The notes beneath the pieces are model-generated. The model searched no databases. It was given only the letters and a program-made list of their open reading frames with translations, and had not been told where the DNA came from. From NCBI GenBank assembly GCA_963836885.1, contig CAWILF010000027.1:4277-68276 (forward strand): a DNA stretch of 64,000 nt, given 5' to 3'. The number at the start of each line of letters is the position of its first letter. Position 1 is the stretch's first letter. Of this stretch, positions 1 through 9,558 are shown piece by piece. The DNA is from an uncultured Flavobacteriaceae bacterium. Lineage in GTDB: Bacteria; Bacteroidota; Bacteroidia; Flavobacteriales; Flavobacteriaceae. The translations under genes and the position numbers were made by a program.

Positions 1-1262
1 CGCTGACCATTGCTTGTACGGTCACCTTGCTCTATTCATTGCTCGGTGGATTGAAAGGGGTTTTGATTACGGACTTCGTTCAATTTATCATTGCGATGGT
101 CGGTTCCATCTGGGCAACTTATTACATATTGGACCTGCCTGAAATAGGTGGACTGGATGGACTTATCAATCATCCATCAGTTGCTGGAAAACTGGACTTA
201 CTGCCTGACTTTAGTAATACAGATCTTGTGATGGGCATTTTTATCATTCCTATTGCCGTGCAGTGGTGGAGCACTTGGTATCCAGGTTCAGAACCTGGTG
301 GTGGTGGATATATTGCCCAAAGAATGCTCGCGGCAAAAAACGAAAAACACGCCACCTGGGCCGTTCTATTCTTTAACCTGGCACATTATGCCCTAAGACC
401 CTGGCCGTGGATCATCATAGGACTTGCATCCCTGATTGTTTATCCCAACCTCGATTCACTCGCAGTGGCCTTCCCAGAGTTGAACAAGAGCTTTATAGCC
501 AACGATCTAGGTTATCCCGCCATGTTGACCTTTTTGCCCGCTGGATTACTGGGACTGGTGGTAACTTCACTGATAGCCGCTTTTATGAGTACTATTTCTA
601 CCCATCTCAACTGGGGATCCAGTTATGTGGTCAACGATTTCTATTCCAGATTTATTGATAAAAACTGCTCTGAGAAAAGGAAGTTGCGCGTGGGCCAATT
701 TTCCATGGTTGCCATGATCGCAATGGCAGCGGTGCTTTCACTGGTGCTGGAAGAGGCAAAGGTCGCCTTTGACCTCATCATCCAGATAGGCGCGGGATCG
801 GGATTGTTGTTTATCCTGAGATGGTTTTGGTATAAGATCAATCCGTGGTCAGAGATTGTAGCGATGATCGTCTCCTTTATAAATGCGGTGCTTTTCTTCA
901 TCAATTCCAGCGATCAACTCGGCTTGAAAAATGAGTTGTTTGGAGAACTAGAAAGTTGGGAAACCATCTGCCTAAATGTTCTTATTACGACTGTCGCATG
1001 GCTGGTAGCGACGTTTGTTGGAAAAAACAGCAACTCGGCAACTATAGAAAAATTTGACCAGCTTATTTATGGAACGGAGTCAAAGTTCCACAATTTTCAG
1101 TTCAAGACGCTGGGAATGTTACTGGGAACTATCGGTATTTACAGCCTATTATTTGCGGTAGGTAAATTGATCTACGGTGAGCAACTCATCGGTTTTGCGC
1201 TACTGGGCAGCTTTTTGATCTGTACCCTGGGAATATTTGGTTTTAGGAAAAGGATATTTTAG
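1..1262 (+). CDS. Sodium:solute symporter (SSS family), 5'-truncated by the window edge
   Basis: Multi-TM ORF with SSS-type motifs (GGLKGVLITDFVQF, YIAQRMLAAK, AAFMSTISTHLN); frame is open from the window start. Confidence 0.9.
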   Translation, partial: LTIACTVTLLYSLLGGLKGVLITDFVQFIIAMVGSIWATYYILDLPEIGGLDGLINHPSVAGKLDLLPDFSNTDLVMGIFIIPIAVQWWSTWYPGSEPGGGGYIAQRMLAAKNEKHATWAVLFFNLAHYALRPWPWIIIGLASLIVYPNLDSLAVAFPELNKSFIANDLGYPAMLTFLPAGLLGLVVTSLIAAFMSTISTHLNWGSSYVVNDFYSRFIDKNCSEKRKLRVGQFSMVAMIAMAAVLSLVLEEAKVAFDLIIQIGAGSGLLFILRWFWYKINPWSEIVAMIVSFINAVLFFINSSDQLGLKNELFGELESWETICLNVLITTVAWLVATFVGKNSNSATIEKFDQLIYGTESKFHNFQFKTLGMLLGTIGIYSLLFAVGKLIYGEQLIGFALLGSFLICTLGIFGFRKRIF

Positions 1263-1268
1263 TGGATT

Positions 1269-1286
1269 CCGCTTTCGCGAAAGCGG
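1269..1286. repeat. GCTTTCGCGAAAGC palindrome copy (18-bp CCGCTTTCGCGAAAGCGG), intergenic between convergent genes
   Basis: Perfect palindrome a few nt after the SSS stop codon. Confidence 0.95.
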
Positions 1287-1314
1287 TAACTGCCACAACC
1301 CCCTCAACTATAAA

Positions 1315-2757
1315 TTATTGGTTCAAGTCCACGTTTTCCTTCCACATTTCATTCCCCAACAATCGCATGGAATTACTGCCTTTGAGTTCTTCATAACGCA
1401 CGGTAGGTTGAGGTGCAAGAGAACCGCGACCGCCATTGAGCGCAATGTCCTGAAGGCATCTCAATAAAAGTGGCTCGTTCACATCGCCCAAAACCCCCAA
1501 ATTCTCAAAATTCTCACGCTGCTCTATATCAGGCGCAAGTCCATCGAAATAATCCGTATTGCCAGCGGCGTTTACACTTTTGAAAACCAAGGGCTGCATT
1601 GCATATCTGTGCGATTGGTTAGCTCCATTCCTACGAAAATTGGGACTATCGTACAGGGTAATACTGGCCTGGAACTTACCCGCGGTGTCATCGCCCACCT
1701 GCACCACATCTATGTATGGGGCAAGCGAATTGATCACCAACTCGCTAGCACTGGCTGTGCTTTGAGTAGTAATGATGTGAACCTTGGGAAGGTTTACGGT
1801 ATTAAAAACTGATGATCCAGGAATACTGTTAACGAAGAAACTGGTAAGTTCCTCTGGATTGTTGGCCAGCAATTGTGCCTGGATCTCTGGATTCCATTCT
1901 TCGGTAGAGTAAATATCGGTCGTGGGATTTCCTGAGATCAAACTTCCCAGAATTATTGCGGTATTTACAGAACCACCTCCATTGTAGCGTAAATCGAGTA
2001 CCAAATTTGTGATTCCTTGATTCCTAAAATCGGCAAAAACATTATTGAGCTCGTTATCAAATGCTGATAAAAAACCATTGTACATTAAATAGCCTACCTT
2101 TTGTGATCCCTGCGTGATGACCGTGGATAGTAAAATAGGATTTTCTTGTTGCACGACCTTGGTCAAACTGATTTCAGCACCGTTAGAAGTTGTAACTCCG
2201 TTGTTGAGATCGGCCAGTCCTATAGTGTAGGTATCACTGGCAAGGAGTTCATTAAAGTTGGATCTTGATAATCGCGTCCCGTCTATGGAATTAAAGATCA
2301 TGCCTCGCTGGACGTTCTCATCGGCAGCACTGGAATTGGGCAAGACATACCTCACATACCCAAAAACATCGGTAGAGCTGCCGTTTTCTGCAACTAGACC
2401 AAATTCCATCCCATTAGTTTTGGTGGTTCCAGAAAGTGCATTTTCCAAAGCTACATAATCACTTACGATAATGCTAAAGCGGTCTGTTGTGGATCGATCA
2501 AAAACGAGTGACTCAAAGAACTCCTCTGGGGTAGCAAATTGTGCATGGTAACTTTCCAGTTCTCCGACGGTCTCAAAACGATCGTTGGCGAGGACGGGAA
2601 CATTTGGTTTATAAAGATAAAAAGCGTTCATCCCGCGATAGACAAAGTTTTTTATGGAAGACCCACTAGCCAGATTATCGTCCAGATCGTCTGCACAACT
2701 TGTAAGTAGGAAAATGCTGAAAGCGAAAATTAAAAGGTTTCTAGGTTTGAATAACAT
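1315..2757 (-). CDS. S41 family peptidase (tail-specific protease-like) lipoprotein
   Basis: Lipobox-like LLTSC; LVLDLRYNGGG and TASASE S41 motifs; start chosen at MLFKPR. Confidence 0.88.
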   Translation of the reverse strand: MLFKPRNLLIFAFSIFLLTSCADDLDDNLASGSSIKNFVYRGMNAFYLYKPNVPVLANDRFETVGELESYHAQFATPEEFFESLVFDRSTTDRFSIIVSDYVALENALSGTTKTNGMEFGLVAENGSSTDVFGYVRYVLPNSSAADENVQRGMIFNSIDGTRLSRSNFNELLASDTYTIGLADLNNGVTTSNGAEISLTKVVQQENPILLSTVITQGSQKVGYLMYNGFLSAFDNELNNVFADFRNQGITNLVLDLRYNGGGSVNTAIILGSLISGNPTTDIYSTEEWNPEIQAQLLANNPEELTSFFVNSIPGSSVFNTVNLPKVHIITTQSTASASELVINSLAPYIDVVQVGDDTAGKFQASITLYDSPNFRRNGANQSHRYAMQPLVFKSVNAAGNTDYFDGLAPDIEQRENFENLGVLGDVNEPLLLRCLQDIALNGGRGSLAPQPTVRYEELKGSNSMRLLGNEMWKENVDLNQ

Positions 2758-2992
2758 AATAAAGATATAAAGTATAAAAATAGAGAACTTAACCGTTACC
2801 GCACGGTACTTCACAAAATATTTGTGAAGTATGATTGTCCAATCAATAATACAAACGTAATTGGTAACTAGACGGTTGTATGAACCAAAATTGCTCTATC
2901 AATAACAATGAAACAAATACCGTTATTGCGTAAAACATTTTATTTCGAGTGTTTTTAAAAAATATAATATATTGACCGTTCAAATATTATAG

Positions 2993-3643
2993 ATGACTCG
3001 AGAACAACATTTACAATTTTGCAATTCCTGTACCAATCGGAAAATGGACTTACAGCAAGGCATGATCTGTAACATCACAGATCGCAAAGCAGACTTTGAA
3101 AACACCTGTCCAGAATTTGAGCAAGATACAAGCATTACCTCATCGCGGAATGTGGGTGTATCACAGGAAGTTAACTTATATCAGTTATCTGAAGAACAAA
3201 CCGCACGACTACATGCTGAGGAAAATTTAACCTTAGGATTAGTAGGTGGTGCTGTTGCTGGATTGATAGGTGCTGGAATATGGGCTATGGTAACTGTAGG
3301 TACTGGATACCAAATCGGATTTATGGCGATAGGGATAGGATACATAGTGGGTATGGCGATTCGATATCTAGGAAAGGGAATTCGCCCCATATTTGGTTAC
3401 TTTGGTGCGGTAATCGCGATTTTGAGCTGCTTGCTGGGCAATATATTTGGAGCATTGGGATTTGTAGCTCAATACGCCGAAATACCTTTTTTGGAAGTCT
3501 TATTTTATTTTGATTATACGCAACTTATACCCCTTCTTGCAGAAACCTTTAGCGTGATGGACGTTTTATTTTATGGAATTGCAGGTTTTGAAGGCTACAA
3601 ATTTGCTTTTAGGCTTGTAGAGATTAACGACCTGGATGACTGA
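2993..3643 (+). CDS. Hypothetical membrane protein with N-terminal four-Cys motif
   Basis: 216-aa ORF with CxxC..C..C N-terminus followed by Gly-rich TM helices. Confidence 0.75.
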   Translation: MTREQHLQFCNSCTNRKMDLQQGMICNITDRKADFENTCPEFEQDTSITSSRNVGVSQEVNLYQLSEEQTARLHAEENLTLGLVGGAVAGLIGAGIWAMVTVGTGYQIGFMAIGIGYIVGMAIRYLGKGIRPIFGYFGAVIAILSCLLGNIFGALGFVAQYAEIPFLEVLFYFDYTQLIPLLAETFSVMDVLFYGIAGFEGYKFAFRLVEINDLDD

Positions 3644-3711
3644 AAATTGATTTAGAAAACACTGGGTTCAAGCCCAATTTTTTGGATTTGTAATCCGACT
3701 CTATGCCACAA

Positions 3712-3741
3712 AAAAGCCCTTTAAATTATTAAAGGGCTTTT
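3712..3741. terminator. Bidirectional intrinsic terminator
   Basis: AAAAGCCCTTTAA / TTAAAGGGCTTTT inverted repeat between convergent genes. Confidence 0.85.
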
Positions 3742-3761
3742 AAAAAATTTTATCTCAAAAA

Positions 3762-5726
3762 TTAGTCCCACTTAGAACCAAAAAACTTTGAGCGGCTCTT
3801 GCCACCTTTGGGCTTATCGGTACGGGATTTACCTTCTCTTTTGCCAGAATCTTCAGTAGGTTTGGTTTTACGATCTGCAAATCTACTACCCGCAGAATCA
3901 CTATCGCCCTTTGAGGAACGTCCCTTAAAACCTCCACCAGAAGAATCACTGTCACCGCGTGATGAACGGCCTTTAAAACCGCCACCGCTTGAACTGCTAT
4001 CACCTCTTGAAGAACGGCCCTTGAATCCACCTCCAGAATCATCTGAGCGACGACCTCTACCGCCACCATCTCTACCACCACGTTCTCTGGTTTCAACTAC
4101 AGCGCCCGTGTGGACATTTGCTCTCAATTCACGGCCGTCGCGTTCTGTACCGTTAAGCTTCTCCATTTTTGAAGCTTCTTCTTCTTTTACATCCATAAAT
4201 GAATGAGCGCCGTCCAAAACAATTCGTCCTATATCATTGCCACTTATTCCTGTGGTATCACAGACAAATCCCAATAATGAACCCTTGTTCATATTATCCT
4301 TGCGACCTAGGTTGATGAAGTAGGTTTTCATTCCCTCTTCCTTACCTCGTGAGGTTCTACCACGCTCACGACCAGTATCTCTACCATCGTCTTTGTAGGC
4401 CTTGCGGTCATTGAGATCTGTGATGGAATTTCTCTTATAAATGGAGTTGTATTCCTTAGTCAGTAATTTTGCCAGGATCTCTTCTTTGGAGACATCATTA
4501 AAGCTTTCCATTACTGCTTCCAGTAAATCACCTTCAACTTTGGGACTTATGTCCTGTTTGATCAAGTTGGACGACCATCTTCCTATTCTTTTGGCAGTTA
4601 TGGCGTCAAGGGCTGGCACCTCGGCACTGGCAAAGGTGATTCCCAACTTATTAGCAATAAATTTCAATTTGCGATTGTCACCTCGGGTTATCAGCGCAAG
4701 AGAAACTCCCTGTTTTCCGGCACGTGCGGTACGACCCGATCTGTGTGCGTAGAATTCTGGATCATCGGGCAGTGCAAAATGGATCACGTGGGTAATGTCG
4801 TCAACATCTATTCCTCTCGCAGCAACATCTGTCGCGATAAGGAGTTTGAGGTTTTTATTCCTGAAACGGTTCATGGCAGCATCGCGCTGCGCCTGGGACA
4901 TATCACCGTGCAATGCCTCGGTAGCATACCCATTGTTGTTGAGTTCGTCAGCTACTTTTTGGGTATCCCGCTTAGTACGGCAAAAAACAACACCAAACAT
5001 CTCATCATCATAATCCAGATACCTTCTCAACGCCTCGATTTTGTCCGACGCCTTGAGCTGTACCGATTTGTGCTCAATATTTGTATTTACAATGTTTTCC
5101 TGGTTGATCCTGATCTCCTGTGGATCATTCATGTAGGTGTCAACGATCTTTTTGATCTCGCGCGCCATGGTAGCACTAAATAACCAGATATTGCGACCTA
5201 CGTCGGTTTTGGTTAAAATATAATCGATGTCCTCACGGAAACCCATGTTGAGCATCTCATCTGCTTCATCGAGGATCAAGAACTTAATTGCGTTAAGAGA
5301 AATTTCTCTACGCTTCATAAGATCCATAAGTCTTCCTGGAGTTGCCACGATAACCTGCGCACCGCGGCGCAAGTCCTTGATCTGACCCATGATGTTTGCT
5401 CCACCAAAAACGGGAACCACGTTCACTTTGCCCATTTTACTGGACATCATCTCAAGTTGACGACATATTTGCTGGGCAAGTTCACGCGTGGGTGCAAGAA
5501 TAAGTGCCTGAGTGTCTTTTATGTTAGTATCGATAAGTTGTAGCAGTGGAATACCAAATGCTGCTGTTTTCCCTGTACCGGTCTGCGCCAGACCTATAAA
5601 ATCCCCTTGGTGCTGTAAAAGAATAGGAATTGCCTGTTCTTGTATGTCCGTGGGATTTTCAAATCCCATTTCAGCAAGTCCGTCAAGTAACGGTTGTGTA
5701 AGCCCTAGAGCTTCAAAATTTTTCAA
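3762..5726 (-). CDS. deaD: DEAD-box RNA helicase (DeaD/CsdA-like, with DbpA RNA-binding domain and RGG-rich tail)
   Basis: AQTGTGKT, PTRELA, DEAD, SAT and HRSGRTAR motifs; probable TTG start at LKNFEALG. Confidence 0.92.
   Translation of the reverse strand: MKNFEALGLTQPLLDGLAEMGFENPTDIQEQAIPILLQHQGDFIGLAQTGTGKTAAFGIPLLQLIDTNIKDTQALILAPTRELAQQICRQLEMMSSKMGKVNVVPVFGGANIMGQIKDLRRGAQVIVATPGRLMDLMKRREISLNAIKFLILDEADEMLNMGFREDIDYILTKTDVGRNIWLFSATMAREIKKIVDTYMNDPQEIRINQENIVNTNIEHKSVQLKASDKIEALRRYLDYDDEMFGVVFCRTKRDTQKVADELNNNGYATEALHGDMSQAQRDAAMNRFRNKNLKLLIATDVAARGIDVDDITHVIHFALPDDPEFYAHRSGRTARAGKQGVSLALITRGDNRKLKFIANKLGITFASAEVPALDAITAKRIGRWSSNLIKQDISPKVEGDLLEAVMESFNDVSKEEILAKLLTKEYNSIYKRNSITDLNDRKAYKDDGRDTGRERGRTSRGKEEGMKTYFINLGRKDNMNKGSLLGFVCDTTGISGNDIGRIVLDGAHSFMDVKEEEASKMEKLNGTERDGRELRANVHTGAVVETRERGGRDGGGRGRRSDDSGGGFKGRSSRGDSSSSGGGFKGRSSRGDSDSSGGGFKGRSSKGDSDSAGSRFADRKTKPTEDSGKREGKSRTDKPKGGKSRSKFFGSKWD
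3895..4045 (-). repeat. Three tandem coding repeats SGGGFKGRSS(R/K)GD in the helicase tail
   Basis: Visible in the translation of the C-terminal tail; boundaries approximate. Confidence 0.85.
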
Positions 5727-5925
5727 ATAATTGTATTTAATATTTTGCAAAAATACAACTAATCAAAATTATAAACTAATTAACAACAGACTGAAAATCA
5801 ATAGGATTAGTTAAATTTTTCTGCTTATATCAAAAAAAAATGACGTCAGTGCCATTGTTTTTGATTTTATAATCTATTGCCACCATTTTATGAAGCTATG
5901 GATAAATCATGTAAATTCAGGTGGT

Positions 5926-5971
5926 GATTACACTTTCCTGCCTTGCCGCAGGCAGGCGCGAAAGCGTAATC
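5926..5971. repeat. Palindrome copy interrupted by a 20-bp hairpin CCTGCCTTGCCGCAGGCAGG (5937-5956)
   Basis: GATTACACTTT + insert + CGCGAAAGCGTAATC; removing the insert restores a 26-bp near-perfect palindrome. Confidence 0.9.
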
Positions 5972-6033
5972 CTCATAAAATGGCCTTTCTTCATATTAAT
6001 GATCAGATATCTAAACGTCCCGTGACAATTCTG

Positions 6034-6606
6034 TTAACCCACGAACTGAACAAAATCAGAAACCTGCTTACGTTCTCGATCTACGCCGTCAATGACATCC
6101 ACCGTTCCCAAATAGAAGAATCCCAGAAACTGCTCTTGGGGATCACACTTGATCAGGTTAAATTTTTTAAGGTCTGCAAAATCTTTGGGCGAGCTCCAGT
6201 ACGCTCCCAGACCCAGTGCAGAGGCGGTAAGCCACATATTCTGGACGCTCATGGAAACCGCTGCGACCTCCTCCCACTCTGGGATGCTCTCCTTCTCGTC
6301 ACGGTGCATAAAAATAAGAATGATGGCGCTGGCCTGATTCATTTTTTCTGCCAGTTTCCTGACCTTGATGGATGGTTGTTGACCTGTACTTTCTGTAAAT
6401 TGATCGGTCATGAACTGCCCGAGTGCTTCCCTCCCATTTCCTTGTATGACTTTATACCGCCAGGGCTGGGTTCTTTTGTGCGTGGGCGCCCAGCGGGCAC
6501 TTTCCAGTATGGTGCCCATGGCTTCCCTACTGATTTCCTTCTGTGTGTATGATGCGGGAAAAACGCTTGTTCTGGTCTTTATGTGTTCGAGGATACTCTT
6601 GGTCAT
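6034..6606 (-). CDS. Nitroreductase family protein (YdjA-like)
   Basis: RTSV, ARWAPTHKRTQPWRY and QNMWLTASALGLGAYW motifs. Confidence 0.9.
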   Translation of the reverse strand: MTKSILEHIKTRTSVFPASYTQKEISREAMGTILESARWAPTHKRTQPWRYKVIQGNGREALGQFMTDQFTESTGQQPSIKVRKLAEKMNQASAIILIFMHRDEKESIPEWEEVAAVSMSVQNMWLTASALGLGAYWSSPKDFADLKKFNLIKCDPQEQFLGFFYLGTVDVIDGVDRERKQVSDFVQFVG

Positions 6607-6627
6607 GGTAATTTATTTGAGGGATTA

Positions 6628-6643
6628 CGCTTTCGCGAAAGCG
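6628..6643. repeat. GCTTTCGCGAAAGC palindrome copy (16 bp), intergenic
   Basis: CGCTTTCGCGAAAGCG just downstream of the stop of the 6659-7726 gene. Confidence 0.95.
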
Positions 6644-6658
6644 GTACAGGATTATCAT

Positions 6659-7726
6659 TTATCGATGGTCAATGTCAGAATAGTTGCGGCGTACAAATTC
6701 CAGCGCGGCACTCAAGAGACCACCCATATTGCGGCAGGTCTTAAAACTTACATCACCGGTAAATTCAAAAAGATCCTTCCTGAGGTGCTTGAATTTTTGT
6801 GGGGAGGAAAGGTAGTCCGTCTTCATGCACTTGATGAGATGCTTATAGCGCTTCTGGGTGTTGATGAGGCGTTTTGCGATGAGGGAGCGTTCTTCTTTCT
6901 TATACTGTTCGATACTCTCGTTCTTCAAATGCTCGGCAACGTTAATCACCATCTGGAGGTTTTCCTTGAAAAACTGCGGCCGGTACACCTTGAGCCTGCC
7001 CTCGTAGGATTGCTGGTCAAAATCTATCGCACGTATCGCATAACTTACCCGGTCAAAGTCGTGCGTGGGAATGATCACGTAATTATAGGCTCTCATGTCG
7101 CCCAGCAGTCGTATCAGACAGCGCTCGTTGAATTTTACGAACTCTTTTGCTATTTGGGTAAGTTCCTGTTGATCGCAGCCTTCCATATAATTGGCTATAA
7201 ATTCATCACCTGGAATACCTGCGATATGTTCCTCTATGAGCGTGTCATCCTTGATCAAAAAATTGATGCGGTGCGGTGACAATAGGTGCTCCAGTTCCAG
7301 TCCATAAACCCTGGAGGCGTCTGCACGCTTTATATAAAAATAGGTGAATCCATCATTGAGCGTATTTCTGATCTTGATGCGGAAAGGCTTTGTGTTCCCA
7401 AAAGTGCAGTAATCCACCGCATCTACATTGAGGTAGTCCAGCGTCTCGTCCCGACCGTCACTGTGTAAAATGTCATAGATCTTTTTAAGGTTGTGATCTA
7501 TATGGACACGATCTGAATCTGAATAGTAGCAACGCACCCATAAGGTGTCCTGATCGTTTTTATCATAAACGGTAATGCAACCAGCAAACCTCTCCAGGTC
7601 TTCATAGGATACGGGAATGGATGTGACCCGATTAAACTTTTTAACATAGTCGGCGAGCGACGTGGAAATGGGAAATGTAGGCTTCTTGTTTGAAAGTAAT
7701 TTGTCATTAAGAACGTTATCGGTCAT
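6659..7726 (-). CDS. Hypothetical protein, possible atypical kinase fold (HipA/PI3K-like)
   Basis: 355-aa ORF; FYIK, LLGDMRAYN and AIDFD resemble a kinase Lys, catalytic loop and DFG-like motif. Confidence 0.7.
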   Translation of the reverse strand: MTDNVLNDKLLSNKKPTFPISTSLADYVKKFNRVTSIPVSYEDLERFAGCITVYDKNDQDTLWVRCYYSDSDRVHIDHNLKKIYDILHSDGRDETLDYLNVDAVDYCTFGNTKPFRIKIRNTLNDGFTYFYIKRADASRVYGLELEHLLSPHRINFLIKDDTLIEEHIAGIPGDEFIANYMEGCDQQELTQIAKEFVKFNERCLIRLLGDMRAYNYVIIPTHDFDRVSYAIRAIDFDQQSYEGRLKVYRPQFFKENLQMVINVAEHLKNESIEQYKKEERSLIAKRLINTQKRYKHLIKCMKTDYLSSPQKFKHLRKDLFEFTGDVSFKTCRNMGGLLSAALEFVRRNYSDIDHR

Positions 7727-7784
7727 AAAAATGGTAACAATTGAGCTTTATACAAGTCACATAATACAACAAAAAACTTTATTG

Positions 7785-8681
7785 ATGGATTGCATTCTTG
7801 AAATTAACAAATTACATAAAAGGTACGGCGGCCTTACTGCTGTTGACCATATCTCCTTTAAGATAGAGCGTGGGCATGTCTATGGCATTCTTGGCCCCAA
7901 CGGCAGTGGCAAGTCCACCACACTGGGCATGGTGCTCAATGTGGTGAATCCCACAAGTGGCACGTACGGCTGGTTTGGCAATACCGTGAACACTCATGAT
8001 GCGCTCAAACGTATAGGAGCAATTATAGAGCATCCCAACTTCTATCCAAGTATGAGTGCCGCGCAAAATTTAAAATTGGTCTGTAAGATAAAAGGTGTTC
8101 CCTTTTCAAAAGTAGAAGAAACTCTTGCTCTGGTAGGTCTGTATGACCGCCGGGATTATCCCTTTAAAAGTTACTCGCTGGGAATGAAGCAACGTCTTGC
8201 CATTGCAAGTGCACTGTTGAACGATCCCGAAATACTAATTCTCGATGAACCCACAAATGGACTAGATCCTCAAGGAATACGACAGATACGGGATATCATT
8301 AAAGAAATCGCGCAGCGTGGCACTACCATCCTGTTAGCTTCACACCTGCTGGACGAGGTAGAGAAAGTATGCACCCACGTGGTCGTGCTGCGCAAGGGAA
8401 AGATGCTCTACTCAGGCCCTGTCGGCGAAATGAATAGGAACTATGGCTCCATAATCATCGACTCCCATAATCGCGATCTCCTAAAGTCTTTCATAAACTC
8501 CCAAAAAATGCTGGGAGGCATCGAAGAGGATGTGGATGGAATAGAGATTAAACTACTCGCAGAAATTGACACCACTACATTCAACGAACTTGCCTTTAAC
8601 AGTGGAATCGTGCTGAGCAAGCTCATCCATAAGAAACAAAGCCTGGAAGACCAATTCATTGAACTAACCAAACAAAACTAG
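7785..8681 (+). CDS. ABC transporter ATP-binding protein (BcrA/CcmA-like)
   Basis: GPNGSGKST, YSLGMKQR, ILDEPTNGLD; start at MDCILEI. Confidence 0.93.
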   Translation: MDCILEINKLHKRYGGLTAVDHISFKIERGHVYGILGPNGSGKSTTLGMVLNVVNPTSGTYGWFGNTVNTHDALKRIGAIIEHPNFYPSMSAAQNLKLVCKIKGVPFSKVEETLALVGLYDRRDYPFKSYSLGMKQRLAIASALLNDPEILILDEPTNGLDPQGIRQIRDIIKEIAQRGTTILLASHLLDEVEKVCTHVVVLRKGKMLYSGPVGEMNRNYGSIIIDSHNRDLLKSFINSQKMLGGIEEDVDGIEIKLLAEIDTTTFNELAFNSGIVLSKLIHKKQSLEDQFIELTKQN

Positions 8682-8687
8682 ACCGCC

Positions 8688-9530
8688 ATGATCAGATTAT
8701 TAGACATAGAATTTCACAAATTCAAACACAGTAGGAGCAGCAAGGTCATTACCATAATATACCTTGCGGTAGTATGCATTCTTATGCTGGCAGGACTGAT
8801 CAAGGTGCACATTAATGGAATCGAGATAAGCCTGGCGCAGCTGGGGATATTTGACTTTCCCTATATCTGGCACTTGGCAACGTTTATGATCAGCTTTTTA
8901 AAGTTTTTAATTGCTATTGTCATTGTTTCACTGACCGCAAGTGAGTATAGTAATAGGACGCTCAAACAGAATTTAATAGATGGATTGAGCAAGAAAGAGT
9001 TGATACTTTCAAAGTTTTATTTGGTACTGGGCCTGGCGGTTATAGTAACTGTATTGGTATTTCTGGTCTGTTTGATTTTAGGTTTGTTGAATTCAGATTT
9101 TACCGAGCCTGGTATTATATTTAGGGATCTGGAATATTTGGGAGCTTTTTTTATAAGTCACCTGACCTTTTTCTGCATGTGTCTATTTGCAGGGATTCTT
9201 GTAAAGCGCAGTGCATTTGCACTGGGTTTTATTGGTATTTGGGCAATAGCCGAGTCGATTCTTCAAGGTCTGTTCAGTTACATAGACTATGCCTACAAAA
9301 TAGAATTGTGGGATAAAGTCGCTGACTTCCTGCCCATTACTTCCATGTGGTACCTGATTACCGAGCCCTTTAGTAAAGTAAGCGTGGTAAAAAGCGGCAT
9401 CGAAACTTTGTCCGAGGGAGCATTTGAAAAAGACTATGGCGTTCAATGGATTAATGTTGTGGTTTGTCTTTTATGGTCGGCCGTGTTTGTTTACTGGTCT
9501 TATGCACTGTTAAAACGTCGTGATTTGTAA
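8688..9530 (+). CDS. ABC-2 type transporter permease
   Basis: About six TM helices with EYSNRTLK motif, directly after the ATPase gene. Confidence 0.88.
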   Translation: MIRLLDIEFHKFKHSRSSKVITIIYLAVVCILMLAGLIKVHINGIEISLAQLGIFDFPYIWHLATFMISFLKFLIAIVIVSLTASEYSNRTLKQNLIDGLSKKELILSKFYLVLGLAVIVTVLVFLVCLILGLLNSDFTEPGIIFRDLEYLGAFFISHLTFFCMCLFAGILVKRSAFALGFIGIWAIAESILQGLFSYIDYAYKIELWDKVADFLPITSMWYLITEPFSKVSVVKSGIETLSEGAFEKDYGVQWINVVVCLLWSAVFVYWSYALLKRRDL

Positions 9531-9558
9531 AATCTGTGTATTAACTTCGCGACTGCTT

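Noticed and set aside
1269..1286. Palindrome as canonical parS (TGTTTCACGTGAAACA)
   Set aside because: Only superficial TTTC..GAAA similarity in a different register, and the copy number is far above a typical parS.
5890..7279. Long plus-strand ORFs 5890-6552 and 6410-7279
   Set aside because: Antisense shadows of the nitroreductase and kinase-like genes, with no recognisable motifs.
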